A DNA stretch of 64,000 nt. Origin: Bryobacteraceae bacterium. Its GTDB lineage: Bacteria > Acidobacteriota > Terriglobia > Bryobacterales > Bryobacteraceae. The notes below the pieces were generated by a model. It did not search any database. It was not told the origin of the DNA and saw only the letters and a list, made by a program, of their open reading frames with translations. Below, piece by piece: positions 11,201 to 19,528 of this stretch. The stretch is taken from NCBI GenBank assembly GCA_035495815.1, contig DATJFH010000011.1, positions 30,441 through 94,440 on the forward strand. The letters run 5' to 3'. The translations under genes were made by a program, and so were the position numbers. Numbering within the stretch: the stretch's first letter is position 1; each line of letters opens with the position of its first letter.

Positions 11201-11576
11201 GGATCTGGTGGGGGGACAGCCGGTCTACGAATCGAATGTATGCGGCGGCGCATATAACTGCGTGTCGTGGCTGAATCCGGCGGCGTTCTCCGGTCCCAGA
11301 AACAGCAGGGGCGCGCTGACAGGCGACGGGACCTTCGGGAATCTGGGCAAGAACATCCTGCGAGGACCGGGATCGGTGAACTTCGACGCGGGTATCTCGA
11401 AGAATTTCGAACTGGCGGAGCACTGGAAGCTGCAGTTGCGAGGCGAATTTTTCAATGCCCTGAATCACGTCAATCCGGGCAACCCCAATCTGAACCTCAG
11501 CGCGGCCCAATTCGGACGGATCACGGGGGCCGATTCCCCGCGGATCGGGCAACTGGCGTTGAAGCTGTCGTTTTGA
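8253..11576 (+). CDS. TonB-dependent receptor with N-terminal carboxypeptidase-regulatory-like domain
   Basis: 1107 aa; signal peptide 'LFVLAAGGLTISSTSARAQ'. N-terminal 'GSITGNVIDPSGAAIPRARITATETGTGFERSMTTDETGHYTV'. C-terminal '...LKLSF'. Divergent from the 4690..8118 receptor across a 134-bp intergenic region. Confidence 0.85.
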   Translation: MQPLPGQNRSALRCAALFVLAAGGLTISSTSARAQALGSITGNVIDPSGAAIPRARITATETGTGFERSMTTDETGHYTVPSLRPTEYSLTVEASGFTKFVQQSVRLVADQTATIDVQLRVGSTAETMTVSATGADAPLVDAATPTLTEVVGNTRIEELPLNGRAVAQLIALVPGSAGANPTVVATQSSLPGSVQPSINGARNAQTGYLLDGAPFLDQYYNTNIPFPFPDSLQEFSVQTSNYSARYGGNAGAVVNVVTKSGTNALHGNLFAFNRNQAYNAANAFSGAVDPLHRTDFGGTVGGPVSIPRLYNGRDRTFFFFGYQGTRHRQAALNSGYVPTPEELKGDFSAIPGAITDPLNGQVFPRSQIPVSRFDPASVNLAGYLPQAGGTGFVYFPKPTRQNIDMINARIDHQIGERDRLVGRIYSDQVNLSPQFNPRNILGYSLGFDIPAVNYMIQETHIFRPNLLNQASFVYTSAPVAKIATSDSPNMATFGVKGIWQPDTPFIQSVAVNSYFTVAGGAVGPFNASTFSWTDDVTWIHGSHNMSLGGGLQRSRVDLGDVFQGPGSFTFTADQVGNALAAFMIGKLRTFNQGAGEFKNNRNLFPAFYANDSWHAAQRLTLTFGVRYEPYYPWNEIKGRVEQFSVARYQAGIKSQMFPNAPPGLSFPGDAGMPDRGTTGSFKNFAPRTGVAYALTRDGKTSIRSGFGMFYDSMTAGVVNNRFANLTPFSPQIAMTSPAGPFSNPALGIKDYPFPAPYPPPKNTLFPAPVLSVTYDATTNFEVPVTYDWNLTLERQIARDWLLQASYVGAHSTHGKTTVQLNPARYIPGSTLGNDQRRLFAGYGSIGMGGQSGNASYNSLQVAVKKRLSHGVNFNLAYTYSKSIDDYPNGGGNADIGSDSVSALPWYFKNGRVLDRGPSSSDHRHRLVLSYVWMLPSLSHASLLVRGVAGGWQLNGITTLQTGDPMTVTAGFDRSLTGLNADRADLVGGQPVYESNVCGGAYNCVSWLNPAAFSGPRNSRGALTGDGTFGNLGKNILRGPGSVNFDAGISKNFELAEHWKLQLRGEFFNALNHVNPGNPNLNLSAAQFGRITGADSPRIGQLALKLSF

Positions 11577-11586
11577 GCAGCGGCAG

Positions 11587-11614
11587 GCGGCCGTCCCGGC
11601 CGCAACCCGCTTTT
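11587..11614 (+). terminator. Weak intrinsic terminator / attenuator hairpin after the TBDR gene
   Basis: GCGGCCG-tcc-CGGCCGC 7-bp GC stem followed by aacccgcTTTT. T-tract is only 4 nt. A perfect 12-bp palindrome GCGCAGCTGCGC follows at about 11617-11628. Confidence 0.3.
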
Positions 11615-11687
11615 AGCGCAGCTGCGCCGATAGCTATGGGTCTCCCCGCGCGCGCCTCCTGATCGCGCTCCAAGTTAAGATAGAGCA

Positions 11688-14069
11688 ATGGCAAGAACGG
11701 CGCCAGTTGTTGCCTTGGCACTCTTTTGTTGCATCGCAGAGGCTCAGACGCTTCAGCTTTCGCAGACCAGCCTGTCGTTCTCGGGCTACTCCGGCGGCGA
11801 TGCGGCCGATCCGCAATCGATTATCATTACTTCGTCCACGCCGGCCCAGGTTCGCTTCCGGGTAACGAGTCCGGGCAGACCCTGGTTGCGCTTCAAACCT
11901 TCAACAGGAACCACGCCGGCCCGGATTTCGGTCTCGGTGGATCCCTCGGACCTGGCGGCCGCGAGTTACGAGGAGACGATCCAGATTGCCGACGTTTCCA
12001 CCACCAGCGCCGCGCCCATTGCGGTCCCAATCCGGTTGGACGTGGAGGAACGGACGGCTCAACTGGATGTGGTCCCGAATTTTCTGAAAATGGACGGGAG
12101 GGACACCACCGATACTCTGTTCGTGCGCAACGCCGGAGGCGGCGGGCGGATTCCATTCACCGTCGCCGTGGTCGGCGGCGCTTCATGGATCGAATCGATC
12201 ACTCCAATGCGCGGAATCGCCGCTCCGAATGCCCCGGTTCCGGTCCGGATCACGGTCTCGACGGACGGACTCGAGACCGGAGTGTACCGTGCGGTCCTGC
12301 GGTTCACCTCGCTGTTCGGGACGGAAGACGTGCCGGTCGGGCTCGTGCTTGGAGGGCCGTCGCCGGTCATTAAGACGCTTCCGCACGGTTTCCAGTTCGA
12401 TCTGCGGGAGGGTACGGACACGGCGCTCAGTCCCCGGGTGACGATTTTCAATAAGGGCAGGGGGATGCTGGCCTGGACCGCCGACGTCGTGGAGGGCGGC
12501 GATTTGATCAAGCTGGTCGCTGCCAGCGGACTTTCCACGCCGTCCGCTCCCAGCTTCCTGAAGTTCGCCATCGAGAACGACGGCCTGGACGCGGGCTCTT
12601 ATTACGTGCTGCTGCGCATTACATCGCCGCAGGCGCGGAATTCGCCGGCATACCTGCCCATCGTACTTAACGTCCAGGGGAAGGACATTCCACCGCGTCC
12701 GGATCTTTCACCGGCGGGGCTGTTCTTCGTGGCTGTGTCCGGGCAGCCGCCACCGCCCGCGCAAACGGTGGAGGTCCACGCTCCCACGAGGCAGCCCATC
12801 CCCTTTATCGCCTCCGGATCCACCGACGATGACCTCGACTGGCTGCCGTTTCGGGCGGTAACCGGCCTGACCTCCTCTTCGCGGCCCGGCCAGACGACGG
12901 TGTCGGTGAACCATGCCGGCCTGGCGCCAGGCGTGTACTCGGGCGAGATCGTATACGCGTTTTCCAAGACTGCCGTCAGCGCGGCGCGGGTCACGCTGGT
13001 GGTGCTGCCCGCCGGGGCGCAACCTGCTTCCACCAAACGGCGTTCCGCCGAGGCGTGCGTTCCGACGCGACTGGCTTTGACGCAATCGGACCTGGTTTCG
13101 AACTTCAGCATACCGTCAGGCTGGCCGGCGCCCTTGACGGTCCGGCTCAGCGACGATTGTGGAGCGCCCGTCACCGACGGACAGGTCGTGCTCAGCTACT
13201 CGAACGGCGACCCGGCGCAGGTAATGTCGTTATCCGATCCGGAAAACGGATCGTACTCGGCGACCTGGGTTCCGGCCAGGGACGGGACCAGCGTTTCGAT
13301 CACTGCCCGCGCGGCGTCGCCCAACCTGCCGCTGGTGGTGGCCCAGCTTACCGGTTCGGTTGCGCCCAACCGGGTTCCGATCCTGTTCGACAACAGCACG
13401 GTAAATCAATTCAGCGGCGTGAAGGGCCTGGCGCTTGCGCCGGGGACGATGGTGACCATTCAGGGCTCAGGACTGGCGTCAGCGGCGGCCGTGCCGAACG
13501 TTCTGCCGCTGCTCACCAACGTAAACGGAACCAGAGTCCTGGTAGGCGGGGTGGAGGCTCCGTTGTATGCGGTGAGCGAAGAGCAGATAAGGGCGCAGAT
13601 TCCGATGGAACTGGCGCCGAACCGGCAGTACCAGGTCCTGGTTACCGCCAATGGCGCCTATACGGTTCCCGATTCGATTACGCTGGTTGCGGCGCAGCCG
13701 GGTCTGCAGTTGGGCGAAGAGGCTCGCGTGGTGGCGCAGCACTCCGACACGAGCATGGTGAGCCGCGGGGCTCCGGCGGCGCGCGGCGAGACAATCACCT
13801 TCTTCCTGGTGGGAATGGGAGTGACCGAACCCCTGGTGCGCAGCGGCTCGACGGTCCCTGCCGGCACGATGGCGAAGGCTGTGGCGCAGCCCTCGGTGAC
13901 AATCGACGGTAAGCCGGCGGAGGTGATTTTCGCCGGTCTCACGCCCGGCTCGGTGGGGTTGTACCAGATCAGGCTGCGCGTTCCCGCCGACGCAGGGCAA
14001 GGGGACCTGATCGTTTCCATCTCGCAAGGCGAAGCCCAAAGCAATCCCGGCGTGCTCCCGGTGAGGTGA
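11688..14069 (+). CDS. Secreted Ig-like/IPT-repeat protein with TIGR03437-type ('Solibacter C-terminal') domain
   Basis: 793 aa; signal peptide 'VVALALFCCIAEAQT'. Repeated beta-sandwich-like segments. C-terminal 'FAGLTPGSVGLYQIRLRVPADAG...' matches, from memory, the conserved TIGR03437 ending found in many Solibacter usitatus paralogs. Confidence 0.6.
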   Translation: MARTAPVVALALFCCIAEAQTLQLSQTSLSFSGYSGGDAADPQSIIITSSTPAQVRFRVTSPGRPWLRFKPSTGTTPARISVSVDPSDLAAASYEETIQIADVSTTSAAPIAVPIRLDVEERTAQLDVVPNFLKMDGRDTTDTLFVRNAGGGGRIPFTVAVVGGASWIESITPMRGIAAPNAPVPVRITVSTDGLETGVYRAVLRFTSLFGTEDVPVGLVLGGPSPVIKTLPHGFQFDLREGTDTALSPRVTIFNKGRGMLAWTADVVEGGDLIKLVAASGLSTPSAPSFLKFAIENDGLDAGSYYVLLRITSPQARNSPAYLPIVLNVQGKDIPPRPDLSPAGLFFVAVSGQPPPPAQTVEVHAPTRQPIPFIASGSTDDDLDWLPFRAVTGLTSSSRPGQTTVSVNHAGLAPGVYSGEIVYAFSKTAVSAARVTLVVLPAGAQPASTKRRSAEACVPTRLALTQSDLVSNFSIPSGWPAPLTVRLSDDCGAPVTDGQVVLSYSNGDPAQVMSLSDPENGSYSATWVPARDGTSVSITARAASPNLPLVVAQLTGSVAPNRVPILFDNSTVNQFSGVKGLALAPGTMVTIQGSGLASAAAVPNVLPLLTNVNGTRVLVGGVEAPLYAVSEEQIRAQIPMELAPNRQYQVLVTANGAYTVPDSITLVAAQPGLQLGEEARVVAQHSDTSMVSRGAPAARGETITFFLVGMGVTEPLVRSGSTVPAGTMAKAVAQPSVTIDGKPAEVIFAGLTPGSVGLYQIRLRVPADAGQGDLIVSISQGEAQSNPGVLPVR

Positions 14070-14084
14070 AACGAACGCCGGCGC

Positions 14085-16094
14085 GTGTATGATGTCAGCT
14101 TGACCACATCCAGAGCGCGCCTGGCATTTTTCGCGCTGAGCCTCTTCTTTCTCGGCACGACGCTGGTGTGGCTTCGGCTCGACCGGTCTCCGCCCGCCTG
14201 GGACGATGCTTTTTATCTGACCAACAGCGTGGTGATGTACGATGCGCTGACGTCGGGCGGGCTGCGGGGATTCGCGCGCCAGTTCCTTACCATCATGGGG
14301 ATCAAGCCTCCGTTGATCGCCCTCTTGCCGGCTCCCGTTTATCTCGTCGCGGGGCGTAATACCGGCGCCGCCTTTGCGGTGAATCTCGCCGCCATGCTGG
14401 TGATATTCGGCGTCTTGTACCGCCTGGGGCGGAAGTACGGCGGCCGGAGGGCGGGTTTGGCCGCGGTTTGGATCGCCGGAACCATGCCGATTCTTTACGG
14501 GCTGTCGCGCTGGTATCTGGTGGAGTGCGGCCTGACGGCGATCGTCTGTGCGGCCATCTGGCTGATCGTCGAATGGATGGAGGCGCCGGACCGCTGGAAG
14601 GCATTTCTGATCGGTGTGGTCTGCGGACTGGGCCTGCTGATGAAATTCAGCTTCCCTCTCTACGTCGGAGCGCCGTTGCTGTATGCAGCGCTGCGAAAGG
14701 GGGTGACCCCGAAAACTTTGCTGGCCTTCGCGGCGCCGGCAATTCTGCTGGCGGCTCCCTGGTATGCCTTCAACTTCGGACCCGCCTGGCGGCTGGCCGT
14801 GCTGGCGGGAACCGCCGAAAACACCCGCGTCTACCAGACCGGAGATATTTTCTCCATTGGCGACATCTGGCGATATCTGGGGAACGTCTGCAACGCCGGG
14901 CTCACGATCTATTTTGCGGCACTGGCCGTCTTGTTGGCGGTGTTCGGACGAACCGCGCGGCCATCGGGCAGGCGCGGGTTGATGGTCTGCGCGCTGTGGA
15001 GCGTTCCGCTGGTGTTCCTCACGTTCGGACACTACCGCGACCTGCGCTACGCAGCCCCCTTGTATCCGTCGCTGGCGCTTGCGCTCGGCATCCTGGCGGA
15101 TGCGGCCTTCGAGAACCGCCGCGCGGCCCTGCCCCTGTTTCTGACCGCGGGACTGGCGGGGCTGAGCCTCTTCCATACCTCCTTCGGCGTGCTCGGAAGC
15201 ACGAGCTTCGATCTCGGCGGGTTGCTATTCGTGCGTTCGAAGCTGAGTTACGCGCGGATGTATGACCCGGCTCCATGGCCGCACCGCGAACTCCTGGACC
15301 GCATCTACCGGTCGTCCCGGTTCAACGGCGCCGAACGCAAGACCCTGCTGGTGGGTACGGACTCCGCCGTCTTCAACGTCAACAATCTCGAGCTGGCCGC
15401 CCGTGAAGCGGAGCTGCCCTTTCAATTCGCAGCCACGACTTATGAGTCGGGCCTCAACACGCTTTTGCCCCTGGTCCACTCGGCGGCATATTTCCTGTAT
15501 GAGGAAGGGGGCGGCCCCCCTGGCCCGTTCAATCCACGCGCCGCCGACGCCATTCGCGAAGTGCGGGAGAGCGGCCGGTTCACGGAACTGCCGATCGGCC
15601 TCGCCTGGCCCGACGGCGGCACAGCGCACGTATACGCGAACCTCGGGCCCGGCGGGTTTACATCGACCGGCGTCATGCTCGGCGCCGGCCTGGAGCGCAT
15701 CGCGGATTGTGACGTGACGTTCGACGGAAAGCTGCAGCTCACCGGTCTTTCGATGGAGCAAAGGGCCGAGAGCATCGAGGTCAAGTACCGCTGGCGCTGC
15801 CTGAAACTGGTCACGCGCGATTACTGGTGCTTCACCCATATCGTGGACCGGCAGGGCGCGGTCGCCGGATACCTCGATCACCCCATACTGAACGGTTCGC
15901 CTCCGACGTCGCTCTGGAAGGCAGGAGACGTCGTTATCGAGAGCCTGAGATTCCAGCTTCCGGCGGACCGGCGGTCGCAGTCGTACAGGTTAAGGATTGG
16001 CCTGTTTCATCGAGAGTCAGGCCAGAGGCTTCCGATTACGGGCAGCAGCTTCCCGCTGACCGATTCGGGAACCGCGGCATTTGTCAGCCCGTAA
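14085..16094 (+). CDS. Membrane glycosyltransferase, PMT/ArnT-like (GT39/GT83 family), with C-terminal soluble domain
   Basis: 669 aa; about 11 predicted TM helices. Early periplasmic loop 'PPAWDDAFYL' resembles the DE/Asp-containing loop of PMT/ArnT-type lipid-linked sugar transferases. About 250-aa C-terminal extension. Confidence 0.55.
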   Translation: MYDVSLTTSRARLAFFALSLFFLGTTLVWLRLDRSPPAWDDAFYLTNSVVMYDALTSGGLRGFARQFLTIMGIKPPLIALLPAPVYLVAGRNTGAAFAVNLAAMLVIFGVLYRLGRKYGGRRAGLAAVWIAGTMPILYGLSRWYLVECGLTAIVCAAIWLIVEWMEAPDRWKAFLIGVVCGLGLLMKFSFPLYVGAPLLYAALRKGVTPKTLLAFAAPAILLAAPWYAFNFGPAWRLAVLAGTAENTRVYQTGDIFSIGDIWRYLGNVCNAGLTIYFAALAVLLAVFGRTARPSGRRGLMVCALWSVPLVFLTFGHYRDLRYAAPLYPSLALALGILADAAFENRRAALPLFLTAGLAGLSLFHTSFGVLGSTSFDLGGLLFVRSKLSYARMYDPAPWPHRELLDRIYRSSRFNGAERKTLLVGTDSAVFNVNNLELAAREAELPFQFAATTYESGLNTLLPLVHSAAYFLYEEGGGPPGPFNPRAADAIREVRESGRFTELPIGLAWPDGGTAHVYANLGPGGFTSTGVMLGAGLERIADCDVTFDGKLQLTGLSMEQRAESIEVKYRWRCLKLVTRDYWCFTHIVDRQGAVAGYLDHPILNGSPPTSLWKAGDVVIESLRFQLPADRRSQSYRLRIGLFHRESGQRLPITGSSFPLTDSGTAAFVSP

Positions 16095-16105
16095 AGAATG
16101 CCGAA

Positions 16106-17005
16106 TCACCAGAGCTGCGACGCAAGCCGGAAGGTGTTGGCGTGAGCTTCCACCGTGAGGGAAATCGGCTCTGAATAACCTCCCCCCAGCGTGATCACGA
16201 CCGGGATACCGTGCGATTTGCAACCTTCCAGAACCAACCGGTCCCGGCTGCGGAGGCCTTGACCGGTCAGCGAAAGGCGGCCCAGCTTGTCGGAGTCGAG
16301 CGCATCGACGCCGGACTGGCAGAGCACGATATCCGGCATAAAGTCGAAGATGCGAGGCAGGACCGCTTGCAAGGCGGTCAGGTATTCCGCGTCGCCTGTG
16401 TTATCGGCGAAGTCGATATCGATCTTGCTGCGCTGTTTCCGGAACGGGAAGTTGGCTCTGCCATGCAGGGAGAGCGTCAACACAGCGGGATCGTCTTCGA
16501 AGATCGCGGCCGTGCCATCACCCTGATGAACATCCAAATCCACCACGGCGGCGCGAGTGATTTTCCCGTCCGCGAACAGGCGTCGGATGGCGACGGCGAT
16601 GTCGTTGAACACGCAGAAGCCCGCTCCTCCGGTCCGGAACGCATGATGGGTTCCGCCGGCCAGATTGCCGCCGGCGCCATGCGCGAGCGCGTCGGCTGCA
16701 GCGGCGAGGGTCCCGCCCACCGAGGCCAGCGTCCGGCGTACCAGTTCCGGAGACCAGGGGAATCCGATGCGCCGCAGGATCCGTGGATCGACGGTCCCGT
16801 CGAGGAAACTGTTCACGTAGCCGGGATCGTGCAAGAGGGCAATGGTGAGCGGATCGGCTAAAGGCGCGGGCTGTAAATCGAGGCCGCCGGCGGCTTCCAG
16901 GGCTTCCCGCAGCAGCCGGTACTTGCTCGCCGGGAACTTGTGGCCCGGCGGCAGGAGAAACGGATGGTGGTCGCAAAAATAGCAGGTGATGTACGCAGGA
17001 TCGCA
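16106..17005 (-). CDS. Histone deacetylase-family (HDAC/AcuC-like) amidohydrolase; 5' end unresolved
   Basis: ORF track starts at TTG 16834 (242 aa). The same frame stays open upstream to about 17032 and encodes the conserved HDAC N-terminus ('YFCDHHPFLLPPGHKFPASKYRLLREAL'). No in-frame ATG/GTG/TTG lies upstream; an ATG at 17004-17006 is in a different frame. Core motifs 'DLDVHQGDG', 'FNDIAVA' present. Confidence 0.65.
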   Translation of the reverse strand, partial: CDPAYITCYFCDHHPFLLPPGHKFPASKYRLLREALEAAGGLDLQPAPLADPLTIALLHDPGYVNSFLDGTVDPRILRRIGFPWSPELVRRTLASVGGTLAAAADALAHGAGGNLAGGTHHAFRTGGAGFCVFNDIAVAIRRLFADGKITRAAVVDLDVHQGDGTAAIFEDDPAVLTLSLHGRANFPFRKQRSKIDIDFADNTGDAEYLTALQAVLPRIFDFMPDIVLCQSGVDALDSDKLGRLSLTGQGLRSRDRLVLEGCKSHGIPVVITLGGGYSEPISLTVEAHANTFRLASQLW

Positions 17006-17093
17006 TGAAAAGCAGGCGAAAAGGCCTGAAACTTATTGCGATGCAATGCGTTTACCACTATATATGGGTAGAATAGCGGGAGGAGTCGAATGC

Positions 17094-17921
17094 ATGGCGC
17101 CAATGAATAACGTCCGTATCCGGCGGATCTTGTTTGCCGCCGCAATGGCGGCCGGGGTTACCGTTTGCGCCGGGGGCGCCGAAGAAAAACCCGAGGGTTG
17201 GCGCAAGTCGAACGAGGCGGCCGCGGGCGATTACGTCGTCGAGCCGGGCTCGAGGATTCCTCTGAATCTGATCAATAGCGTCAGCACCAAGCACTCGGTC
17301 GAGGGCGAGCGCGTTTACCTGGAGACGACCTTTCCGATCCTGGTCAAGGGGCGGATCGTGATACCGCCGGGCAGCTACGTGGCCGGAACGGTGACACAGG
17401 TCAAGCGGCCGGGCCGAGTGAAGGGACGCGGCGAGCTTTACGTTCGTTTCGATTCGCTCACGCTTCCGAACGGCGTGACTCGCGATTTCAGGGCGCGGGT
17501 GGGCAGCCTGGACGGCCGTGCATCGGAAGAACTGGACCGGGCGGAGGGAAAGATCAAAAGCGAGGGCAATAAGGGCGGCGATGCCCGCACGGTAGGCGAA
17601 GCGGCGGGAGCGGGCGCCTCGGTCGGCGCGATCGCAGGCGGCGTTTCGGGCGGCCATTACGGAATGGGCGCCGGGATCGGAGCGGCCGCGGGCGCAACAG
17701 CGGGTCTGATCGGCGTATTATTCTCGCGCGGTCCGGATGCCGTGCTAGCCAAGGGCAGCTCGGTTGAAATGGTTTTGGACAGGCCGCTGGCTTTCTCCGA
17801 GACGGAGCTCGATTTTTCGAACGCCCCCCAGCAGCGGCGCGCCAGCGAATCGGGCGGCGGTCCCGCGCCCAGCCAGAAGAAGGGCGGACTGGGAACCGGT
17901 TTCCCGGGCCGCCGGTTTTAG
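17094..17921 (+). CDS. Secreted protein with TrbI/VirB10-like beta-barrel core and glycine-zipper C-terminus
   Basis: ORF track 16986..17921. A signal peptide starts at internal ATG 17094 (MAPMNNVRIRRILFAAAMAAGVTVCAGG). Core 'IPLNLINSVST...ILVKGRIVIPPGSYVAGTV...LPNGVTRDF' resembles the TrbI C-terminal domain. Tail 'GAGASVGAIAGGVSGGHYGMGAGIGAAAGATAGLIG' is a Gly-zipper. Confidence 0.4.
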   Translation: MAPMNNVRIRRILFAAAMAAGVTVCAGGAEEKPEGWRKSNEAAAGDYVVEPGSRIPLNLINSVSTKHSVEGERVYLETTFPILVKGRIVIPPGSYVAGTVTQVKRPGRVKGRGELYVRFDSLTLPNGVTRDFRARVGSLDGRASEELDRAEGKIKSEGNKGGDARTVGEAAGAGASVGAIAGGVSGGHYGMGAGIGAAAGATAGLIGVLFSRGPDAVLAKGSSVEMVLDRPLAFSETELDFSNAPQQRRASESGGGPAPSQKKGGLGTGFPGRRF

Positions 17922-17926
17922 CCCGA

Positions 17927-18667
17927 GTGAAAAGCGGGCAGGCGCTGCTCAGCGAGATCGAAGTCTCCTCTTGTCCTGCTCCCACGCTCTGGTGGCTGGG
18001 AAGAAGTGGCTTCGCGCTGAAATATCGCAAAGCCATCCTTTACGTCGATCCGTTCCTTTCACAACGCCCGGCTCCGTTCCAGGGCGCCGATGTCACCCAC
18101 GCGGGCCTGATTCTTTGCACGAGCGGGGCGCAAGTCGATCCGCACACGGTTCCCGCCATGCTGACGGCGTCTCCAAGAGCTCGCCTGGTCATTCCGAAAA
18201 GCGCAGCCGGACAAGTGTACCAACTCGGAATTCCGTACAGCCGCATGGTGACCACCGATTCGGGACTACGGGTCGAATATCTGGACGATCGTATTTACGC
18301 TGTGCCCTCGGCTGCCGATCAGCTGGATTGGACTCCCCTGGGCGGGTTCCCCTACCTGGGTTATCTCATCCGTTTCGGCGGGCTGACGATATACCATGCC
18401 GGAGCCTGCGTACCGTATCCGGACCTGGTGTCGCGCCTCAGACCTTACACCGTAACGGTGGCGCTGCTCCCGATCGGCGGCAGGCCGGGAGCCTTCGAAA
18501 TTGCGGAAGCGGCGCAGCTCGCCGAGGACATCGGAGCCCATTGGCTGGTTCCGATGAACTATCCGGCGGGGCGCATCGACCGCTTTATCGAGCACATGCT
18601 CGGCCATCGGCCCGCGCAGCGGTTCAAGGTATTCGAGTGTGGGGAAATGTGGCCGGTTCCGGGGTAG
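17927..18667 (+). CDS. MBL-fold metallo-hydrolase (UlaG-like)
   Basis: 246 aa, GTG start. 'LWWLGRSGFAL' beta-lactamase-fold start and 'IYHAGA' His/Asp metal-ligand region. Confidence 0.6.
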   Translation: MKSGQALLSEIEVSSCPAPTLWWLGRSGFALKYRKAILYVDPFLSQRPAPFQGADVTHAGLILCTSGAQVDPHTVPAMLTASPRARLVIPKSAAGQVYQLGIPYSRMVTTDSGLRVEYLDDRIYAVPSAADQLDWTPLGGFPYLGYLIRFGGLTIYHAGACVPYPDLVSRLRPYTVTVALLPIGGRPGAFEIAEAAQLAEDIGAHWLVPMNYPAGRIDRFIEHMLGHRPAQRFKVFECGEMWPVPG

Positions 18668-18741
18668 GGGCCGCAATCTGCGTGTTCGAGGCGTTCGGTA
18701 ACGCCCGGCGCTGGAATGCGCCCCCAAATATATAATGCGAC

Positions 18742-18768
18742 AAAATGCCGGAATGTTACGGCATTTTT
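18742..18768. terminator. Bidirectional rho-independent terminator between convergent genes
   Basis: AAAATGCCG-gaatgtta-CGGCATTTTT: perfect 9-bp stem with an A-tract on one side and a T-tract on the other. Lies between the MBL gene (+, ends 18667) and the nucleotidyltransferase (-, ends 18786). Confidence 0.55.
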
Positions 18769-18785
18769 AGCGGGCGCCTATCCCC

Positions 18786-19514
18786 TCAAAAGTGGTCATC
18801 AAGATCCTGTGAATGCCGTACGGATTCCAGGTCTTCGGGTCGCCCGATATCGCGCCATGGGCCTTCGATGGGGAACAAGCGAAGCCATTTTCCCTTTTCG
18901 ATGAGCTGAACAATCGCGCTGGTCAGCTCGTACTCGCCGCGCGGCGACCGCGGCGCCTTCTCCAGCTCGTCAAAAATCGAGCGGCGAAACGCATAGAGCC
19001 CGGCGCTGTTCCATCGAGTTGTAGATGATCCGCGCGGCGGTTTTTCCACGATGCGGGTCACCCGGCCCGAAGTATCCGCATAGACGGCGGCGCCCTGGTA
19101 AGGATCGTCCACATCCTTCACGCCGAGCACGCCTTCGATTTCGGGCTGGCGCGCCAGGGCATCCAGGATTTCGCGGTAGCAGGACGCGCCTGTCAGGATA
19201 TCGCCGAAGGTGAGCAGAAAGTCATCCCCGTCCACGAAGTCTCGCGCCAGAAGGGCAGCGGTGGCGGTTCCGTCGATGGGGGACTGGCGGACGAACCGCA
19301 GCGGCATCCGAAAGCCGCGAAAGTATTCCTCGATCGCTTCCGCCCTGTAGCCGGTGACGATCAAGGCCTCAGAATATCTGGCTTCGATCAACCCGACGAG
19401 CAGCCTTTCGAGGATCGGCCGTCCACCGGCGGGAAGCATCGGCTTGGGAACCGCGGCCGTCAGACCCTGCATGCGCCTTCCGCGGCCAGCGGCGAGTATC
19501 ACGGCCTTCGGCAT
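18786..19514 (-). CDS. Sugar-phosphate nucleotidyltransferase (HddC/mannose-1-phosphate guanylyltransferase-like)
   Basis: ORF track 18786..19556. A likely start is ATG 19514 giving 'MPKAVILAAGRGRRM...' (the GxGxR nucleotidyltransferase P-loop). The start codon is only 14 bp from the divergent MFS GTG start. Confidence 0.7.
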   Translation of the reverse strand: MPKAVILAAGRGRRMQGLTAAVPKPMLPAGGRPILERLLVGLIEARYSEALIVTGYRAEAIEEYFRGFRMPLRFVRQSPIDGTATAALLARDFVDGDDFLLTFGDILTGASCYREILDALARQPEIEGVLGVKDVDDPYQGAAVYADTSGRVTRIVEKPPRGSSTTRWNSAGLYAFRRSIFDELEKAPRSPRGEYELTSAIVQLIEKGKWLRLFPIEGPWRDIGRPEDLESVRHSQDLDDHF

Positions 19515-19528
19515 TATCTTATAATCCG

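Noticed and set aside
13479-15176. 565-aa minus-strand ORF overlapping the TIGR03437 and glycosyltransferase genes
   Set aside because: Arg/Gln/Gly-rich low-complexity translation with no domain-like motifs. It is antisense to two well-supported genes, so a GC-driven artefact.
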